Shown one piece after another: positions 51,906 to 56,764 of a DNA stretch of 56,764 nt (the first letter of the stretch is position 1; every line of letters begins with the position of its first letter). The DNA comes from an uncultured Planctomycetaceae bacterium (GTDB lineage Bacteria > Planctomycetota > Planctomycetia > Planctomycetales > Planctomycetaceae). Below the pieces are notes generated by a model. It saw only the letters and a program-made list of their open reading frames with translations, was not told where the DNA came from and ran no database searches. Where the stretch lies: positions 62,001 to 118,764 of the forward strand of contig CAXBME010000028.1 in assembly GCA_963976765.1 (NCBI GenBank), read 5' to 3'. Both the position numbers and the translations under genes were made by a program.

Positions 51906-53297
51906 ATGAGAACGCTTGCCCTGCTGCTTCTGAGTGTGCATTTCGCAGCGTCGAACGCGTCTGCCGAGTCGAAGCCGAACATTGTGTTTATCTTTGCGGA
52001 TGACTGGGGCTGGGGGGATCTCAGTTGCCACGGGCATCCGTATGTGAAGACTCCGAACATTGATCGGCTGGCGAAAGAAGGCACTGACTTTCACCGGTTT
52101 ACAGTAGCCAGCGGAGTTTGCTCGCCCAGCCGCACGGCGGTCATGACGGGGCACTTCCCGGCTAGGTACAGCATCGATGGCCACTTTGCGTGGGTGCCGA
52201 GCAACGCCAAACGTAACATGCCGGACTGGCTGAGTCCCAAGGCTCCGCTGCTGCCGCGGCTTCTTCAGCAAAGCGGCTACGCGACCGCTCATTTTGGAAA
52301 GTGGCACCTGTCAAACAACATGATTCCGGACTCTCCTTTGCCGAGTGAGTACGGTTACGACGAGTACGGTGCGTTCAACTGTGCCGGTGAGCAAATGCCC
52401 GTTCATGAGGACTCAAAGCATGCCAGCGCGTTCATTGAGAAGACTCATCACGCGGGCAAACCGTTCTTCATCAATCTGTGGCTGCACGAACCTCACACGC
52501 CGTTTCACACCATACCGAAATATCGCTGGCGTTTTCGTGAACTCGATGAGGCCGACAACATTTATGCATCAGTCCTTTCTCACGCTGATGATCGAATTGG
52601 AGAAGTGCTCGACACGCTGGACCGTCTGAAGCTGACCGAAGACACGCTCGTTATCTTCAGCTCAGACAATGGTCCTGCGCGAGCGTCGCGCCCGACAGAA
52701 CTGGAGCTGATGCACGACACCGCGACCGGAGTGGGTTACGGAATCGGCGCATCCAAAGGAGTCACTGGCGGTCGCAAGGGCTACAAAGGCGCACTCTTTG
52801 AAGGCGGAATTGGAGTGCCGTTTATTGCTCGCTGGCCAGGCAGGGTCAAAGCGGGAGCTGTCGACCGGACGTCACTGTTTTCTGCGGTCGATTTGCTGCC
52901 GACGTTCTGCGAAGTCGCAGGCGTGAACCTGCCAGCTGACTATTCTCCGGACGGTCAAAGTCAGGTCGCCATGCTCCTGGGCAACGGAAACTCGAAACGG
53001 CAGAAACCTCTGTTCTGGAAAATGCAGTCTGCCTGGCCGGCGCGGAGCCATCAGCCGTACCACTGGGTTTCTTACGCCATCGTCGATCAGAACTGGAAAC
53101 TGGTTGCGAACAGGGATTCCAGCTACGTCGAACTCTTCGACCTCACCGCTGATCCCTACGAAAAAGTCGACGTGAAGGAAAAGCATCCCGAAGTCGTTAA
53201 TCAGCTCGTCAAAATGATTGCCGATTGGCAAGCCACGTTGCCTGCTCACCCCAGCGGCGATGTCTTTTCTGCAGAGCGGGCGACCTTGGAGAAGTGA
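51906..53297 (+). CDS. Sulfatase (S1)
   Basis: PNIVFIFADDWGWGD, CSPSRTAVMTG, GKWHL, SDNGP, FEGGIGVP. Confidence 0.95.
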   Translation: MRTLALLLLSVHFAASNASAESKPNIVFIFADDWGWGDLSCHGHPYVKTPNIDRLAKEGTDFHRFTVASGVCSPSRTAVMTGHFPARYSIDGHFAWVPSNAKRNMPDWLSPKAPLLPRLLQQSGYATAHFGKWHLSNNMIPDSPLPSEYGYDEYGAFNCAGEQMPVHEDSKHASAFIEKTHHAGKPFFINLWLHEPHTPFHTIPKYRWRFRELDEADNIYASVLSHADDRIGEVLDTLDRLKLTEDTLVIFSSDNGPARASRPTELELMHDTATGVGYGIGASKGVTGGRKGYKGALFEGGIGVPFIARWPGRVKAGAVDRTSLFSAVDLLPTFCEVAGVNLPADYSPDGQSQVAMLLGNGNSKRQKPLFWKMQSAWPARSHQPYHWVSYAIVDQNWKLVANRDSSYVELFDLTADPYEKVDVKEKHPEVVNQLVKMIADWQATLPAHPSGDVFSAERATLEK

Positions 53298-53529
53298 AAT
53301 GCGGAGTCGTCGATTTCCCGGTCGCCTGGCCAGCTCCTGTGAATCATGACGCATGATTGCCTTTGCCTGGGGAGAGAAGTCGCGATGAATCGGTCCGTGC
53401 GTGCTGAAAAACTGTTTGCTTCGGCTTGATCTTTCGGCACGAATGAGGGCAGTATGATCGTTCGGCCAGTCAGGTGACGCCTGTCTGAAGCCAGCATGGA
53501 CGATCCTCCCTGGACCTCGGAGTCGCGTT

Positions 53530-56500
53530 GTGCCCGGAAAAATCTCTTCGGCATTCCAGAATCTGTTCTGTCTTTCAGCGGCCACGGCGTGTTCTGCAGC
53601 GCCGACGGTTTATTCCGCACTCTCAACCACCGATTCAACTGTTGGGGCATTGGCGGGACTGGGGCTTGGTGGTTTCACCGTGCTCAGCGGCCTGCTGACC
53701 GGCAGGCTGGGCGAGATGTGGAACGAGTCGCTGATCAAGCGAATGACCGATCCGCAAACCGTGTTGCAGAATCACGATCTGTTGCGGCTGAGTGGCGAAG
53801 CCGCCGCACTGACTTTACGAGCCGAAGCGAAACGCCGAGCGGCTTCCGGTCAGAAGGAAATTGCCGGACGGATCGAAAAGCTGGCCGGGAAGCTGCCTGC
53901 CGAATGGTCAACACTGGCCGAAACCGATGGCTGGAGCGAACATCTTCAGCCACTCAGTCGGGAAGACATTGTTGGGTGGATGAGAGCTGCCGGAGTCGAC
54001 TGGTCGAAGTCGCCGTCCCTTGATCAGGCGACCTGGCTCAGCATTCTTGCTCCCATCGTGGAAAAACACGACGTCAGGCTGCCGACACCGGTCCTGAACG
54101 ATCTCGCCGCGGACCTGTTTGCAAAACACGCGACCGCCGTTCGCGAAGTACTGAAACGCGACGCCGGTAATGACGGGGAAGCTTTCGCCGGCCTGCTGCT
54201 GATTCTTCACGCAGAAACCCTGCACAACCTGACCGAAATTGCCAGCAGTCAGGACAAGTTGCAGGCCGAGCTGGCGGAAACTGGTACCGACGTTCGTGAC
54301 GCAGTGAACACGCTGCTGGAATCTGGCTCAGCGGTTGCTGCATCCGCTGAGCGGCTCGTTGCCGGGCACGAAAAATTCTTTCAGCGGCACGAAGAACTGC
54401 TGTTTGCCTGGCGGCAGTCGTCGGATGCCTGGGACAATGTTCTGCCGACGCTGGATCGGATCGAGACAAAGCTGGACGAGGCAAATGCAAAGCTGACTGA
54501 TTTGTCGTCACAGCCGCCGACGATCGTTGTGCCCGCACCGAACGTCACCGTGAATCTTCCGTCGTCGGAAGCTCAAACCAGGCCAGCATCCGAAGCGGGC
54601 GACGTCGTGCCGAAGAAGGCTGAACCACGTCGACGTGCAGCGAAGAAACGAGTCGACCGGACCAGTGTGTTTATCTCGCGGAAGGAACCGTTCAAGGCTT
54701 TGAAGAAAGTTCTTCTGACGACGCGACAACCGAAACCGGGCGAGTTGCGTGCGGCGATTCTGACCGGCATGGCAGGAATTGGAAAATCGCTGGAAGCTTC
54801 GCACTTTGTCGAAACGAAAACTGGCTGGCGGAAAAAGCATCCCGAGTCTCATCAGGTCGTTCGGCTGGTGCTTGATGATCTGCTGATGGATCGCGTGTTT
54901 CCGAAAGAGGCTGATGATCCGTCTGCCGAAGAAGGCTTGCGGGATGAATTGCTGAATCTGCTGCGGATAAACCCGGCTCCTGACCAGGAATGGCAGTTGC
55001 TGGCTGATCGGCTGACGCATCCCGTTTCGCTGCTGATTGTCGAAAACGTGGACACTCCGGATCGGTTGCGGGCCGTGGACGATTTACTTCAGGAACTGAG
55101 TTCCGTAGCGGATTCGCCATTGCATGTTCTGATGACGTCGCGGGTTCGCGGACACAATCCGCAGTTGGGTTGGCATGAAGTCGCTCTCTGGCCGTTTGAC
55201 AACGACCAGATTCTGGATCTGTTCCAGAAAGAAATCGGCAACGACGCGTGCGAGCGGTTTGGTTCCAACGAGTTGTTGAAGCTGGGAGCCGACCGGCTGG
55301 GCGGACTTCCGCTGGCGCTGCATCTGGCCGCCGGGCATCTGCGGAAAGGGAAGACGCCTCAGCAGTTCTGGGACGAATTGCTGGACAGCGGGCTGAAGTT
55401 ACGAGCGGCCGACCCAGCGTTACGTGGTCGATTTTCAGACGACGAAGCTCGCGAAATCCTGCGCAGCAGTTTCGACTTTTCCTGGCGAACCTTGCGTGAA
55501 GAGCTGACTGATCAGGGACAGTCGGACATCGATGGTCTGCTGGATGGACTGGCCGCTTTGGGACACGCCAACCTGAGCGGTGTTGGTCACAGTTTGGCGC
55601 GTGCGTTGACCGGACTGACTGAAACTCGGTTCGAAACACTGTTGCAGGCCGCGACCGCCCTGAATCTCCTGCCCGATCTTTCGGAACTGACCGGTCGGTT
55701 GATCGTCCATCCGCTAATTGCCGTCTGGCTGGCCGAAAAAGACGGCGGCCCGGTCGTGCTGAACCGAATGACCGACTGGTTCTGCGAGCGTCTGCCGACA
55801 CCCATGCAGGACGACCCACGCGGCCAGCCGTGGGTCGAAATTCACGAAGAATCAGCCGCGTTACTGGAACTGCTGGAACGAGTCCCGGTCAGTCGAATTC
55901 CCGACCTGCTGCGTACGGGCGACGAATTTGCGCTCTACAACGGGCCGTTTCCTGCCTGGATCGCGGTTTGTGAGCGACTAACTGCGATCAGTCTGTCAGA
56001 CGTCGATCGCTCCGTTCTGTTGAGAGTCCTGTCGTGGATTTGTCTGCAAAGCGGCGACGTATCCCGAGCACTGGCCGTCGCTGAGGAAAAACTCGGCCTG
56101 GAGAATGTTCGTGGAAAACAACAGGAAATTGCCGAAGCCGCAGTCACGATCGGCGATGCGCACGCGGCACAGGGACGTCTGGATGAGGCACTGAAGTTCT
56201 GGCACGAAAAGGCGATTCCTGCTTCGACGGCAGCAGGACAGGAACGGGATGTCACGAATATACTCGGCCGGATCGCGGACGTGCTGCAGGCTCGGGGCGA
56301 GCTGGACGAGGCACTCCGCATCCGACGCGAGGAAGAACTGCCGGTTTACGAGCGGCTCGGCGACGTCCGCTCGAAGGCGGTCACGCAGGGGCAGATCGCG
56401 GACGTGCTGCAGGCTCGCGGCGAGCTGGACGAGGCACTCCGCATCCGACGCGAGGAACAACTACCGGTTTACGAGCGGCTCGGCGACGTCCGCGCGAAGG

Positions 56501-56764
56501 CGGTCACGCAGGGGAAGATCGCGGACGTGCTGCAGGCTCGCGGCGAGCTGGACGAGGCACTCCGCATCCGCCGCGAGGAAGAACTGCCGGTTTACGAGCG
56601 GCTCGGCGACGTCCGCGCGAAGGCGGTCACGCAGGGGAAGATCGCGGACGTGCTGCAGGCTCGCGGCGAGCTGGACGAGGCACTCCGCATCCGCCGCGAG
56701 GAAGAACTGCCGGTTTACGAGCGGCTCGGCGACGTCCGCGCGAAGGCGGTCACGCAGGGGAAGA
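53530..56764 (+). CDS. NLR-like STAND (NB-ARC-type) NTPase with C-terminal TPR array; truncated by the window end
   Basis: Hand translation of frame +1 finds no stop from 53458 to the end. GTG 53530 has GGAG 7 nt upstream. Motifs: VFISR, Walker A GMAGIGKS (54766-54789), Walker B LLIVENVD (~55030), VLMTSR, GGLPLAL (~55300), SFDFSW, IVHPLI (~55705), then TPRs. Confidence 0.9.
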   Translation, partial: MPGKISSAFQNLFCLSAATACSAAPTVYSALSTTDSTVGALAGLGLGGFTVLSGLLTGRLGEMWNESLIKRMTDPQTVLQNHDLLRLSGEAAALTLRAEAKRRAASGQKEIAGRIEKLAGKLPAEWSTLAETDGWSEHLQPLSREDIVGWMRAAGVDWSKSPSLDQATWLSILAPIVEKHDVRLPTPVLNDLAADLFAKHATAVREVLKRDAGNDGEAFAGLLLILHAETLHNLTEIASSQDKLQAELAETGTDVRDAVNTLLESGSAVAASAERLVAGHEKFFQRHEELLFAWRQSSDAWDNVLPTLDRIETKLDEANAKLTDLSSQPPTIVVPAPNVTVNLPSSEAQTRPASEAGDVVPKKAEPRRRAAKKRVDRTSVFISRKEPFKALKKVLLTTRQPKPGELRAAILTGMAGIGKSLEASHFVETKTGWRKKHPESHQVVRLVLDDLLMDRVFPKEADDPSAEEGLRDELLNLLRINPAPDQEWQLLADRLTHPVSLLIVENVDTPDRLRAVDDLLQELSSVADSPLHVLMTSRVRGHNPQLGWHEVALWPFDNDQILDLFQKEIGNDACERFGSNELLKLGADRLGGLPLALHLAAGHLRKGKTPQQFWDELLDSGLKLRAADPALRGRFSDDEAREILRSSFDFSWRTLREELTDQGQSDIDGLLDGLAALGHANLSGVGHSLARALTGLTETRFETLLQAATALNLLPDLSELTGRLIVHPLIAVWLAEKDGGPVVLNRMTDWFCERLPTPMQDDPRGQPWVEIHEESAALLELLERVPVSRIPDLLRTGDEFALYNGPFPAWIAVCERLTAISLSDVDRSVLLRVLSWICLQSGDVSRALAVAEEKLGLENVRGKQQEIAEAAVTIGDAHAAQGRLDEALKFWHEKAIPASTAAGQERDVTNILGRIADVLQARGELDEALRIRREEELPVYERLGDVRSKAVTQGQIADVLQARGELDEALRIRREEQLPVYERLGDVRAKAVTQGKIADVLQARGELDEALRIRREEELPVYERLGDVRAKAVTQGKIADVLQARGELDEALRIRREEELPVYERLGDVRAKAVTQGK
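56272..56763 (+). repeat. Four near-identical 123-bp (41-aa) TPR-coding tandem repeats, continuing off the window end
   Basis: Units start at 56272, 56395, 56518 and 56641. Consensus IADVLQARGELDEALRIRREE(E/Q)LPVYERLGDVR(S/A)KAVTQG(Q/K). Units 3 and 4 are identical; a degenerate unit lies at 56149-56271. Confidence 0.97.

Noticed and set aside
53298..53529. Upstream small effector or amyloid-motif partner gene for the NLR
   Set aside because: No convincing ORF with an RBS or amyloid-like motif lies in this gap; a partner could lie beyond the window end.
53496..56460. ORF-track calls 53496..54023 (+), 54692..55819 (-), 55996..56460 (-) and others
   Set aside because: All overlap the real frame +1 STAND-TPR gene, which the track omitted because it has no stop codon in the window.
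56272..56764. Tandem repeats as a CRISPR array or DGR template/variable repeat
   Set aside because: There are no unique spacers, the unit is 123 bp and in-frame coding, the differences are not adenine-specific, and no cas or reverse transcriptase gene is in the window.

Overview
This window looks like chromosomal DNA from a Planctomycetota bacterium. The attribution is inferred from DUF1501/DUF1549/DUF1553 and DUF1592/DUF1552 gene pairs, seven sulfatases and H4MPT-linked C1 genes. The left half (1-30.5 kb) is housekeeping and accessory genes: birA, an M42 peptidase, a sigma-54 two-component pair, an ABM protein, recQ, two sulfatases, a beta-class DNA methyltransferase fused to a degenerate GIY-YIG-like tail, a DUF1501/DUF1553 pair, a desaturase, a Ser/Thr dehydratase, TadG-vWA, an EboF-like phosphodiesterase, a DUF6602 nuclease-like gene, a fae-mtd-YkgJ operon with a divergent ATP-grasp gene, and an ECF/anti-sigma/PDZ triad. 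From 30.6 to 53.3 kb is a sulfated-glycan-utilisation-like island with five sulfatases, two heme-motif DUF1592+DUF1552 pairs, an esterase, an ECF/FecR pair and DUF1080. The window ends inside a gene missing from the supplied ORF track because it has no stop codon. This gene (53530->56764) encodes an NLR-like STAND/NB-ARC protein of >1,070 aa with an unrecognised N-terminal domain and an array of near-identical 123-bp TPR repeats. The strongest leads are this NLR-like gene, the methyltransferase fusion, and an attenuator-like leader upstream of fae. I saw no rRNA, tRNA, CRISPR array or transposase. All family assignments are from motif recognition by eye; no database searches were run.
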